Below are positions 1 to 8,415 of a DNA stretch of 64,000 nt, one piece after another. Each line of letters starts with the position of its first letter. The first letter of the stretch is position 1. The notes beneath the pieces are model-generated. The model saw only the letters and a program-made list of their open reading frames with translations, ran no database searches and was not told the origin of the DNA. The DNA is from Treponemataceae bacterium. GTDB lineage: Bacteria > Spirochaetota > Spirochaetia > Treponematales > Rectinemataceae. A program made the position numbers and the translations under genes. The stretch spans positions 320,001-384,000 of the forward strand of contig CAXXGJ010000002.1 of the NCBI GenBank assembly GCA_963677895.2. The letters are read 5' to 3'.

Positions 1-1521
1 CAGGCTGGCGTTGGGCAGAGCCGCGAATGTTTTCAAGGCCCCTTCCAGGATCGTATAGGGATCGTACTCTGACTGCAGCATGACGAAGCCCCCGGCTCGG
101 GCTATGGTCTCGACGGGCGGTCGCTTTACCCTTTGACCGCCCCAGTACAGACAGGGATTCTCGATGCCGGAACCTCCGAAAAGGGGATAGAGTTCGGCGT
201 TGAAAGCGCTTGCCAGAACCCAGGCATCCGCGTCGTACGAGGTTCCCGCGTCATTGCACTGCACGGCCCATCCAACGGCGTCAAATGAATCCATGTCGAC
301 AATGCCGGTCTCCATCCGCAACTTTTGGAAATAATTCTTGCTGATCGTCTTGGCTCTTTCGAGCGCCAGATCGCGGAATTCAGGCGGGACTCCCCATTCA
401 TTTTTATCTAGCAAAGCGTTGAGCGATTCTTCTGTTTCGGGCGAATGGGTGCCAAGCAAGCCTTGCACTGTCTTCGCGGCATAAAAGGTGAACAGTGTGA
501 CGTGAGCGTTGACGGATTGAGCGATAGTCTCGTGCAGGAGAGCCGATGTAACATCCAGAAGATTCCCCCGCAGTGAACGGAAGATCTGCCGCACTTCTTC
601 GGCGGAGCCTCCTAGTTTGAAGATTTCCGGATTTTCGGCGGCGTAGGGGGCCAATATCTCGTCCATCACCCGCTGCATTCCCATTTCCTGCGACAATAGC
701 GTATCGTTGAGCTTTACGGTTATATCGGTGTTGCCGATCATCACCATGCGCCCGACCCGCTCGGGGAACAGGCCCGCATACCAGGTGCCGAGCCATGTTC
801 CGTATGAAATACCCAGATAGTTCAGTTTGTCGTCGCCCAGCACGCACCGTATGATATCCATGTCGCGGGCGGTGGCGTCGGAGTTAATATAAGGCGTCAA
901 CGGATTGCTCAGACAGGCTTTCGCTTTCAAGCGGGCGTTGAGCAGGTTGTTTTGTATGTTTTCCGCGGCGCCGTCGGCGACGAGAATGCTGGCGGACATG
1001 AGTTTTTCGGCTGACGTACAGCGCAATTGGGTGCTGGAACCGGTTCCCCGCGGCGAGAAACCGACTAGGTCGTAGCATTGCGCGATTTCCCTGAAAAGCT
1101 TGCCGGATTCGCTGTTCGTGACGGGGTTGGCCTCTCCCCAGAGATACCCGAACAGCAGGCTGTAAGGCAGTCCGTCATCTCCCGGCCCGCCCGGGTTGAT
1201 GAGGATGGCGCCTCGGCGTCGCTGTGGATCCCCCGCCGCCACCTTGAGCAGGGCGACTTCAATGTCGCCGCGCGCGGGGTCGGTGTAGTCAAGAGGAACC
1301 TTTATGGTGGCTCGGCGCGCCCTCTCGCCGAACAGGGTCAGCAGCCCTTTGTAGTCGTCGCTCAAGGTGCCGGGGTCGCAGGCTATCCATGCCGGAACCT
1401 GGTTTTCATAGACGGCCAGCAGGTTGGACGCTTCATCCGCGCCGCTCGCGGTCACCAGAAGAAAACCCATTATCAATAGCAGTGTTCCACGGACTAAAAA
1501 CCTTGATCGTTGTTTCATCAT
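1..1521 (-). CDS. Secreted TAP-like alpha/beta-hydrolase (tripeptidyl-peptidase / peptidase S33 family), 3' end runs off the window
   Basis: Not in the ORF track (no stop inside the window). Manual translation gives an open frame MMKQRSRFLVRGTLLLIMGFLLVTASG (signal-peptide-like) with VPLDY, INPGGPG, YDLVGFSPRGTG, ARDMDIIR and nucleophile motif GISYG. Confidence 0.85.
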   Translation of the reverse strand, partial: MMKQRSRFLVRGTLLLIMGFLLVTASGADEASNLLAVYENQVPAWIACDPGTLSDDYKGLLTLFGERARRATIKVPLDYTDPARGDIEVALLKVAAGDPQRRRGAILINPGGPGDDGLPYSLLFGYLWGEANPVTNSESGKLFREIAQCYDLVGFSPRGTGSSTQLRCTSAEKLMSASILVADGAAENIQNNLLNARLKAKACLSNPLTPYINSDATARDMDIIRCVLGDDKLNYLGISYGTWLGTWYAGLFPERVGRMVMIGNTDITVKLNDTLLSQEMGMQRVMDEILAPYAAENPEIFKLGGSAEEVRQIFRSLRGNLLDVTSALLHETIAQSVNAHVTLFTFYAAKTVQGLLGTHSPETEESLNALLDKNEWGVPPEFRDLALERAKTISKNYFQKLRMETGIVDMDSFDAVGWAVQCNDAGTSYDADAWVLASAFNAELYPLFGGSGIENPCLYWGGQRVKRPPVETIARAGGFVMLQSEYDPYTILEGALKTFAALPNASL

Positions 1522-1658
1522 CACGCTCCGCTCGCTTTCATCGTCTAAAAATGATAGAAGTCTCCATCCTCACTCCTCCGATTGTCAAGCGCATTTTTTT
1601 TGCATGTGTCAAACCCAAAAGTTCTTGATGTTCCAGGATCAGGAGCTAGTGCGGTTCA

Positions 1659-2372
1659 TCAGCGAGAGGGGGCCGTGTTCAATTGTTTCTTGATCTGCCG
1701 CCATTGGGGAAGATGGAGCGTCATGAGTCCCTTGAATCGCGCATCGTGGCGCCGCTCCAGCAGATGGACCAGCTCATGGACGACGACATACTCGAGGCAT
1801 TCGGGCGGTTTTTTCGCGAGTTCAAGGTTGAACCAGAGGCGCCTGGCTTTGACGTTGCAGCTGCCCCATCTGGTCTTCATCTTTCGTATGCCCCATGCGG
1901 TGGTTTTTACGCCGAGCATAGGCTCCCACTTCGCGATCAAAGGAGCTATCTCGAGCTTCAGCTGCTTGCGGTACCAACGGTCGAGGACATCCCGACGATG
2001 CGCGACATCAGATCCGGCGCGCAGGGCCAGCTCCATCGTGTCGATCCCTTTTAAAACGACGCCTTCGCGTCCCACTACTTCCCGGATCGCGAGGCTATAT
2101 CTTTTCCCTTGAAACCAATGCGTTTCGCCCTCAGCCATCTCGCGTTCCGGTGGGCGAACCTGGCTCGCGAACTTTTCCCGGTGGCCCTTGATCCACGCGA
2201 GGCGCTCGATCACCGCGAGCTTGATGGCCTCTTCGCCCACCCAGAACGGCACGGCCAAACGAACCTTGCCATCCGGCGGGTAGACGGTGATATGCAGGTG
2301 CCTGATCACCTTGCGGACCACCTCTACCTGGATGCCGGCGACTTCGATCCAGGTCGTCTTGTTATTCTTCAT
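1659..2372 (-). CDS. YgjP-like / DUF45 (M48/SprT-like) metallohydrolase
   Basis: MKTRWGSCN, LEYVVVHELVHL (HExxH) and HDARF motifs. Start placed at MKNNK (2372), which overlaps the hipA stop by 11 nt. Confidence 0.85.
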   Translation of the reverse strand: MKNNKTTWIEVAGIQVEVVRKVIRHLHITVYPPDGKVRLAVPFWVGEEAIKLAVIERLAWIKGHREKFASQVRPPEREMAEGETHWFQGKRYSLAIREVVGREGVVLKGIDTMELALRAGSDVAHRRDVLDRWYRKQLKLEIAPLIAKWEPMLGVKTTAWGIRKMKTRWGSCNVKARRLWFNLELAKKPPECLEYVVVHELVHLLERRHDARFKGLMTLHLPQWRQIKKQLNTAPSR

Positions 2373-3702
2373 CGATACCGCTTCGAAGCCTTTCAACCGC
2401 GGCTTGAATTCCTTCAAGGATCGGCTCTGAAACCGCAGCGGGAAAGTCCGTCGGTAGCGCCGACGACACGGACTCGATCATTTTGGGAGTAACTTCTACA
2501 AGTTCCTGAAAAATTCCTTCAATCTCGCCCCGAGCCCTGCATTTCGACGCGGTGGATCGCCAGCGGCCTGCCGTGATCTGCCCCCATTTGTTGTGTCGAG
2601 CCTTCCCGACAACCGACATGGCCATTGTAAGCTTCTGAGGTGCCAGCTTATTTACCCCATGACCCAAGATTGGATACGCGGACAGTACATCGTAGAAAGG
2701 GGTAAGCGAGAAGCGGCTTTGCGGTTCGAGGAATATGCTGAAATTCTTCGCGTGTCCGTCCGGTGCGGCCAGAATCCAATACAGCACCTGGGCTTTCAGG
2801 AAGTTTTTCCTGTCGACAAGAGCATCTCTCGATCCAAGCAACAGTTCCATAATTCTGATGATCCCAGGCCCGCCCTCATTTTCATATTTCGCCCCTGGCG
2901 GAGTGCCCGTCGCTTGGCACATATCTTCCTGTGGAAGGCGAATCCACCACGTACCATCTGATGAAAGCCTTCTGTCGAAACGCTCTACGACAAGCACATG
3001 CTGATCTTCAAAATCGGCTCTTTCGCAGCGAGCCACCGGGAGGCCATATGCCTCCACGATTCGTGCGCAGAGCCACTCGTTCTCCACCGATTCCTTCATA
3101 TCAGCCTGCATCGACCCGACCAGGCCTAAGGGCAATTTGAATATATGGGACGAAGGGGTTGTTCCTATTGGCATGCACCATCGGCCTTCGTGCCAGAGGA
3201 ACGCTGTCTTTTCCTGGGCTCCAGCGATCGAAATGCGAAAATTGTCATCGAGGGGCTGGCCGAATCCGGGAGAAGCCACCGCTCGCTTAAGAGCTCGCGC
3301 TACCCCGGCTTCATCGAGTGACTGGGCGGAGATGGTTCTGATCTCCGAAGGCGATTCCTCATCAGGTAGGAGCTGAATCGCGCCCACGCAATCTCTTCCA
3401 ATTTCGGCGAGTAGATCAAAGGCTGAGTTTTTCTCGACGGAGAAACGTCTCTGCAAACGCCTACGGATGTCCGCGCTGTCGGGCAACAGATTCTCAAAAA
3501 AGGCTTCAACCACCTCTCCCATATAAGCTGATTCCGCGTTAACTACGGGCATCGAGAGCGAAAGTGGCCGGACCTCTGGGTATTCTAGCCATTCTGCGTT
3601 GTAACGGAACTCATGGATGCCCGAAGAAAGGACTGACCAGGTTCCAACGCGCTCGCCGTTCATCCAAACCCCGAGGCGTTTCATCTTCGATTGCCGGCCC
3701 AT
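2362..3702 (-). CDS. hipA: HipA family kinase toxin (type II TA)
   Basis: N-terminal couple_hipA-like region (PLSLSMP, FFENLLPDS), SIAGAQEK, VERFDR, QEDMCQA, catalytic DGHAKNFS and FYDV. Start chosen at MGRQSK just after the hipB stop. Confidence 0.92.
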   Translation of the reverse strand: MGRQSKMKRLGVWMNGERVGTWSVLSSGIHEFRYNAEWLEYPEVRPLSLSMPVVNAESAYMGEVVEAFFENLLPDSADIRRRLQRRFSVEKNSAFDLLAEIGRDCVGAIQLLPDEESPSEIRTISAQSLDEAGVARALKRAVASPGFGQPLDDNFRISIAGAQEKTAFLWHEGRWCMPIGTTPSSHIFKLPLGLVGSMQADMKESVENEWLCARIVEAYGLPVARCERADFEDQHVLVVERFDRRLSSDGTWWIRLPQEDMCQATGTPPGAKYENEGGPGIIRIMELLLGSRDALVDRKNFLKAQVLYWILAAPDGHAKNFSIFLEPQSRFSLTPFYDVLSAYPILGHGVNKLAPQKLTMAMSVVGKARHNKWGQITAGRWRSTASKCRARGEIEGIFQELVEVTPKMIESVSSALPTDFPAAVSEPILEGIQAAVERLRSGIDEE

Positions 3703-3704
3703 AA

Positions 3705-3956
3705 TTACCACTCCGCCGCGCGAACCGCGCTTGCGCTCTCATCCTTCAGCATGAGTGTCAATTCGAGTTTCAGGGCTACAAGGAGCGTCCGCAGGCTCTC
3801 GACGCTGCAACGATCCGGGTTTGTCTCCAGGGCGGATACCGTCTTGGGGAGCAGCCCGACCAAGCCCGTAATATCCTTCTGAGTAAGCCCAAGCGCTTTT
3901 CGTCGCCCTCGCAGCATGGCCGCAAGTTGTTTCGACGTGTAGATCGCTGTCTGCAT
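3705..3956 (-). CDS. hipB: HipB-like XRE HTH antitoxin
   Basis: Small HTH protein (LRGRRKALGLTQKDITGLVGLLPKTVSALETNP) directly upstream of hipA. Start 3956 is preferred because the promoter overlaps the region near 3968. Confidence 0.88.
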   Translation of the reverse strand: MQTAIYTSKQLAAMLRGRRKALGLTQKDITGLVGLLPKTVSALETNPDRCSVESLRTLLVALKLELTLMLKDESASAVRAAEW

Positions 3957-3958
3957 AT

Positions 3959-4030
3959 TTTCCCCCATAAGGTATATATAGATAATATACCCTGTAAGGG
4001 CTTTATTTGCAATATGCCTTATAGGGGTTT
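3959..4030 (-). promoter_or_regulatory. hipBA sigma70 promoter with three HipB-type operators
   Basis: Minus strand TTGCAA (4007-4012), 17 bp, TATATT (3984-3989). Three 18-bp imperfect palindromes at 3959-3976, 3986-4003 and 4013-4030 (27-bp period) resemble the E. coli HipB operator TATCC-N8-GGATA. Confidence 0.75.
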
Positions 4031-4150
4031 TTATAGATCAATATCATAGCGCCTTCATTTTGGCCAAGTTTTGTCTGGCAACTCAACATAACCAGGTGAG
4101 GGCGTATCTTTTCAACCTGTTTAAATGTGCAAAAGATAGTTTAGGTTATC

Positions 4151-4264
4151 GGCTAACGCCTAGTTAACCTGCAAGCCAGCTCGCGAAGCGATTTGAATGT
4201 AATTTGCTATCTTATATCATAATAAATTATAAATTTCGCTTTCAGGTTGAACTAGATGTTAGAC
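4151..4264 (-). mobile_element. attC: Integron attC site of the DUF262-Schlafen cassette
   Basis: Minus strand: R'' GTCTAAC overlapping the TAG stop, 5-nt spacer, L'' GTTCAACCTG ... L' CAGGTTAAC, 5-nt spacer, R' GTTAGCC. One extra base in L'' (extrahelical G on the bottom strand). Length 114 bp. Confidence 0.88.
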
Positions 4265-6033
4265 TAGAAGCGCTTTGCTATGGCTGCTATTGTCTTCGGG
4301 TCGACGGCCTTTGTTGTTTGATCGCCTTCACGCCAATATAGGTCTGACCCGACAAATGTTAAGTCGGTTTGTTGCGGGATTTCAATCACCACTAGACCAA
4401 GGCCATAGTAGTCGTGGAAATCAATGTGCGACAGAACACTCGATTTCGTTGGTTCGGTGAGACTTGAATTCTTTATTTCATCCCTGATTCGCGTGACGTA
4501 TTGTTCGAGGGTCATACCGAGAGCCTTTGCCTCCCTCCCAATGCCAACAATGTATCGACTGCCAACGAGGATCGGTTTCACACCATCCAACTTCTCAATT
4601 CTCTCGGCGTCAGCGACTTTGTCGGCGACACCTACCAAAATAGTCCCTTCAGACTCTGAGCCGTTATTAGCAATTGCAGCTATTGTGTGAATTATTTTCG
4701 TGAGAACGCTTGGTTCAATCTGACGTTTTCCTGACAGCTCTGTCAGCCCTTGCTTGAGCTCGTAGTTTGCGAGCTCAATGGACGACCTTCGAATCGTTAC
4801 GTCGATGTCTGGGATCGTGCTACCGGAATATGTTCTCGGATTCTTGTCATTTGGCACAAATATGCTCTGAATTAGCCCTTTGATCTGGTCAATACTTTTT
4901 CGCCTCTCCTCAGGAGAAGCACCTTTCTGGCCAATCTCAATTCGTTTATTAAGTCCGCGCATGAGCCTTTTTACTTCGCTGTAACTACTGATCTTGAGAT
5001 TGTTCTTAATGAGCAGTTCGTGAAACGCGAGGAAAATAATGGCAAAGACCGAAGGATATGCGTTACTTGTCTTTGATTCAAAAACCACATCTCTCAAAAT
5101 CTCGCTCTTTCCGTCGGCACAGACCTTCATAATCTCGTCTATACAGAAACTAAACTCCTTCTCGAACTTCTCAGAACCATAAATCGTGAGTGCGGTTTCG
5201 ATTCGATCACTTTCTGCGTCTGCCGTATCATACACCTTATCAAGTGCTTCCTTGGAACGGTCTAGACAAGTCCCCCCAATAGTACAGGCGGTGATGTCTG
5301 CGACACACTGCTCGTCCATACTGTCCCTAAGGTCGGTGGCGCGAAGAATTCCATGTTCGACCCAAAATACGTCTTCTGCTTGAATCTGGTAGCCATGCTT
5401 CGTCTTTGGTAAGTCAATACTTATGGAATGCATTGCATGAAGCGGCAATACGGTTGCCGATCCGTCGCCGCGAATCGTACAGGAAATCTTCCTGACGGCT
5501 TCGGAGAATGAATTCTGAACCCCCGCCTGTCTCCTCTCCTGATCGCTTAGCCGATGTCCGTAAGTGTTAATTCGATCAAAAACATCGTTAATTTCGGTTT
5601 CAGTTGCCTTTCTCATGACCGACAACGCTATGGAGTAGTCAAGTAGCGTGCTCACATCCGCTGCACCAAGTTTAGGCTCTCCATCCCGAATTAAAAATTT
5701 CCCTTCTTCAGAGGCTTTCTTTGCAGTGGGAAACCGATCAACGTCAAAGACGGCTCCGTTTGCTGTTGGAAATGCCATTTCAATGAATGAGAGTACGGCC
5801 TGTAATCTTTGGAGGCCATCAATAATCTCATAGGTTCCAGGCGCTTCTTCGCGCTCAGCGAGCAATATGGCTGGAATTGGATACTTCTTCAGTAATGACT
5901 CAACGAGTTTCTGCTTTTCTTCTAGAGTCCAGACAAGCTTTCGCTGGTACCGGCGATTCACAAAGATTTTTTCTTCTCTGTACATAGAGTACAAGGACTG
6001 CACGGAACTCGTTTGAGATGTCAATTCTGCCAT
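4264..6033 (-). CDS. DUF262 (GmrS/ParB-like) domain fused to a C-terminal Schlafen/AlbA_2 domain; putative anti-phage protein
   Basis: DUF262 motifs YQRKLVW, IPAIL, IIDGLQRL, FDRINTYG. AlbA_2 motifs ELANYELK, IAAIANN, GTILVGVAD, YWREGDQT. GC lower than the flanking chromosome. Confidence 0.85.
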   Translation of the reverse strand: MAELTSQTSSVQSLYSMYREEKIFVNRRYQRKLVWTLEEKQKLVESLLKKYPIPAILLAEREEAPGTYEIIDGLQRLQAVLSFIEMAFPTANGAVFDVDRFPTAKKASEEGKFLIRDGEPKLGAADVSTLLDYSIALSVMRKATETEINDVFDRINTYGHRLSDQERRQAGVQNSFSEAVRKISCTIRGDGSATVLPLHAMHSISIDLPKTKHGYQIQAEDVFWVEHGILRATDLRDSMDEQCVADITACTIGGTCLDRSKEALDKVYDTADAESDRIETALTIYGSEKFEKEFSFCIDEIMKVCADGKSEILRDVVFESKTSNAYPSVFAIIFLAFHELLIKNNLKISSYSEVKRLMRGLNKRIEIGQKGASPEERRKSIDQIKGLIQSIFVPNDKNPRTYSGSTIPDIDVTIRRSSIELANYELKQGLTELSGKRQIEPSVLTKIIHTIAAIANNGSESEGTILVGVADKVADAERIEKLDGVKPILVGSRYIVGIGREAKALGMTLEQYVTRIRDEIKNSSLTEPTKSSVLSHIDFHDYYGLGLVVIEIPQQTDLTFVGSDLYWREGDQTTKAVDPKTIAAIAKRF

Positions 6034-6081
6034 TGTAATGACTCCTTTTTGGTCATGCTCTTTCGTGCGCCGAAGGCGTCA

Positions 6082-6197
6082 GCCTAACATTGGCTTAACC
6101 TTTAAATCCGTGCCCGAAGGTTTTGGCTTGGTTTTTGCATTGTTGTTCCTGCAAAAACCATGACAAAGGATTTATAAGGTCGAAGCATTTGTTATAT
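6082..6197 (-). mobile_element. attC: Integron attC site of the OLD-nuclease cassette
   Basis: Minus strand: R'' ATATAAC 19 nt after the stop, 5-nt spacer, L'' CTTCGACC-TTATAAATCC ... GGATTTAAA-GGTTAAG L', 5-nt spacer, R' GTTAGGC. Two unpaired bases and an inner GGTTTTTGCA/TGCAAAAACC stem. Length 116 bp. Confidence 0.85.
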
Positions 6198-6216
6198 AAA
6201 TTTCCATATATTATTA

Positions 6217-8136
6217 CTAAACAAAAGTTTTATTAATTTCTTTAAAAAGCAGCTCAAAGTGGTCAAAGGTAGTATTTGAAAGCCTTGGTAATATTTCATC
6301 ACGTTTTCTTAAAAATAGATCAGCGGGTTTACCATGATCAAATCTTTCAATTCCAAGGTGCCGTGCTATCTTCCTAACAATAGGGTCAGAACCATTTAGT
6401 TCATTTAGCATAATATTACCACTAAATGCGATATTGTATAGCTCTAAATATTCTTTAGGATCAAACAAATCTTCTATATCTGCTTCTGTTAATCTTAATA
6501 TAGCACCTATAGTAATAATCTTATTTGCTTTTAGTATTCCTTGCTCAACTATTTTTTTAAGCTTTTGATTTCCTCCTTTTTGTGAATCAATAACAACTGT
6601 AACGTCAAGATGATTTCCCAATAGCGCAACAAATGTTGGGACTAAATCTACTCCTCCAACAGGTACAAACGACCATTTTTCATTCAAAAACTCCCTTTTA
6701 CCATCATTTTTAAAATAGTCAGATATAACCTGGAGGTAAGTAAAATCAGAAGTCCCTTCTACAATTAGGTTGTTAGGTGCAATAAATAGATTTTGCACGA
6801 GATCATAACCAAGTGCTCCTTGTAGAGGAAATAAAGTATCTGCATCAGTAGTTGTTACATCTTTCGATACTATTGTTCCTAGCTCTTGTCCTTTATCTTC
6901 AACAAGACGAACTCTTTCCAGTTTCCCCGGTTGTATCATAAAAGGAGAATGGGTTGTATATATTACTTGACATTTTTTTGCTAACCTATCTTCAATGAAC
7001 CTTAAAAAATCTGCTTGAGCCTTCGCATGTAAACCTAGAGCTGGTTCATCCAAAAGAATAATAATTGAATCATTTCTATATTCATATTCCGAGAATGCTG
7101 CAAGAAATGAAAAAAACCATTGAAAACCTGTTGAATGTTCGTTAAATGGTAAGGATAGTTGATGCCTTTGATCCCATATTCTTATCTTTAATTCATCAAC
7201 AACACTTGTTCTCCCTGAAGGTTCGTTTATAGTTTTTAAGGTAATATCTGGCAGTACTCTCAGTTCAGGATTTTGTGTCCAATATTTAAGAACATCTTGT
7301 GTTAATGCATTAGCAACATTTTCAAGTTCTCTTTTCCTTCTTTCATAATCTGGGTTAATAAGGTAGTCTTTATCTGCAGCAGCAAGATTAAGAAGTGCTT
7401 TTGCCGTTATCTCTTTGTCATTTAGCTGATTTTGATCTGTTGTTAATAGTTTTTGAATTTGAACAGAATACGGTAATGTACTATATTCAGACATATACAA
7501 AAACTTTGGCATAATTTTTTTAAGATAGATAATTAGCTTATCATCTAGTGTCTTTCCTTGAAGAGAATTTTGAATTACCTCAACAATTTTACTTGATACA
7601 GCTTTTTGCTCTACAGTATATTCTTCATTAATTCTAATTTTTTCAGAATACTCCTTAAGTTCAGAAATTGTTTTACACTTTGTTGCATCTGTCTTTGTAC
7701 CCTTTGGCCAATCAATTTTATTAATAAGATTGGTCACAAAATAGTTTTCATGTGATTCAATAATGAAATTTTGTTTTCCTGAGTATTCCATATTAATGCT
7801 AAATGGTTTTTTGCAGTTTATAAATCCTTCTCCAAATATTTCTTCGATTTCTTTCGTTTCTTTATCTGAAAAAGAAAATACTGCATTAATAGGTGTAATA
7901 TTTTCAAGAACTTTGCCTTGAATTCTATCTTTTTTTTCAAGCCATGCTGGATATTGATCCGGAATCGAAAATGATACATTTGTTCTTGAAGGATTCAACC
8001 TATATAGAGCATGAAGAAAAGCAGTTTTACCTGATTCATTCTTTCCAACTAGACATGTAATATTATTCTCAATGTCTACATTATTGGAATTAATAATATT
8101 TCTAAAACACTGAACATCAACAGATTTTAGTAGCAT
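6217..8136 (-). CDS. OLD-family ABC-type ATPase + TOPRIM nuclease
   Basis: Walker A GKNESGKT, signature-like STGFQWF, Walker B ILLDEP, H-loop TTHSP, TOPRIM IVEGTSD and DIEDLF. Very AT-rich relative to the host. SD AGGAGG upstream. Confidence 0.85.
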   Translation of the reverse strand: MLLKSVDVQCFRNIINSNNVDIENNITCLVGKNESGKTAFLHALYRLNPSRTNVSFSIPDQYPAWLEKKDRIQGKVLENITPINAVFSFSDKETKEIEEIFGEGFINCKKPFSINMEYSGKQNFIIESHENYFVTNLINKIDWPKGTKTDATKCKTISELKEYSEKIRINEEYTVEQKAVSSKIVEVIQNSLQGKTLDDKLIIYLKKIMPKFLYMSEYSTLPYSVQIQKLLTTDQNQLNDKEITAKALLNLAAADKDYLINPDYERRKRELENVANALTQDVLKYWTQNPELRVLPDITLKTINEPSGRTSVVDELKIRIWDQRHQLSLPFNEHSTGFQWFFSFLAAFSEYEYRNDSIIILLDEPALGLHAKAQADFLRFIEDRLAKKCQVIYTTHSPFMIQPGKLERVRLVEDKGQELGTIVSKDVTTTDADTLFPLQGALGYDLVQNLFIAPNNLIVEGTSDFTYLQVISDYFKNDGKREFLNEKWSFVPVGGVDLVPTFVALLGNHLDVTVVIDSQKGGNQKLKKIVEQGILKANKIITIGAILRLTEADIEDLFDPKEYLELYNIAFSGNIMLNELNGSDPIVRKIARHLGIERFDHGKPADLFLRKRDEILPRLSNTTFDHFELLFKEINKTFV

Positions 8137-8415
8137 AATATATCCTCCTAATTCTTCTAGCTTTTATTTATCACGTAAAAATATATTATTCTTTACAATA
8201 CATTGTATTATTTTTTGCGTCGAAGGCGTCCATCTAGCAAAAATTCGCTTGTTCCGTATATCTCCTAAATCATCATTTTACACCACTCCAGAATCAGCGC
8301 AAGTCTTAATTCCAGTTTTCAAAAGAAAATATCTTGACTTATGTAATCAATATTTTAGTCAAGCATTAGTATTAACACTTTTATTGGTGCTACATGAATG
8401 CTATATTCCCAATAT

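Larger units (their letters stand above)
4151..8238 (-). mobile_element. Two-cassette integron array lacking an integrase in this window (CALIN-like)
   Basis: Gene-attC-gene-attC in one orientation. Cassette starts G|TTAGGC (6088) and G|CTAGAT (8238) approximately complement their own R'' boxes. No tyrosine recombinase ORF in the window. Confidence 0.8.

Noticed and set aside
1522..1658. Third attC that would make hipBA-ygjP a cassette
   Set aside because: No RYYYAAC...GTTRRRY pair with L boxes after the ygjP-like stop.
8239..8415. Integrase remnant or definite attI; CTTGACT...AGTCAAG inverted repeat near 8333-8363
   Set aside because: No tyrosine-recombinase motifs in any frame, attI cannot be confirmed by eye, and the inverted repeat has no assignable factor.
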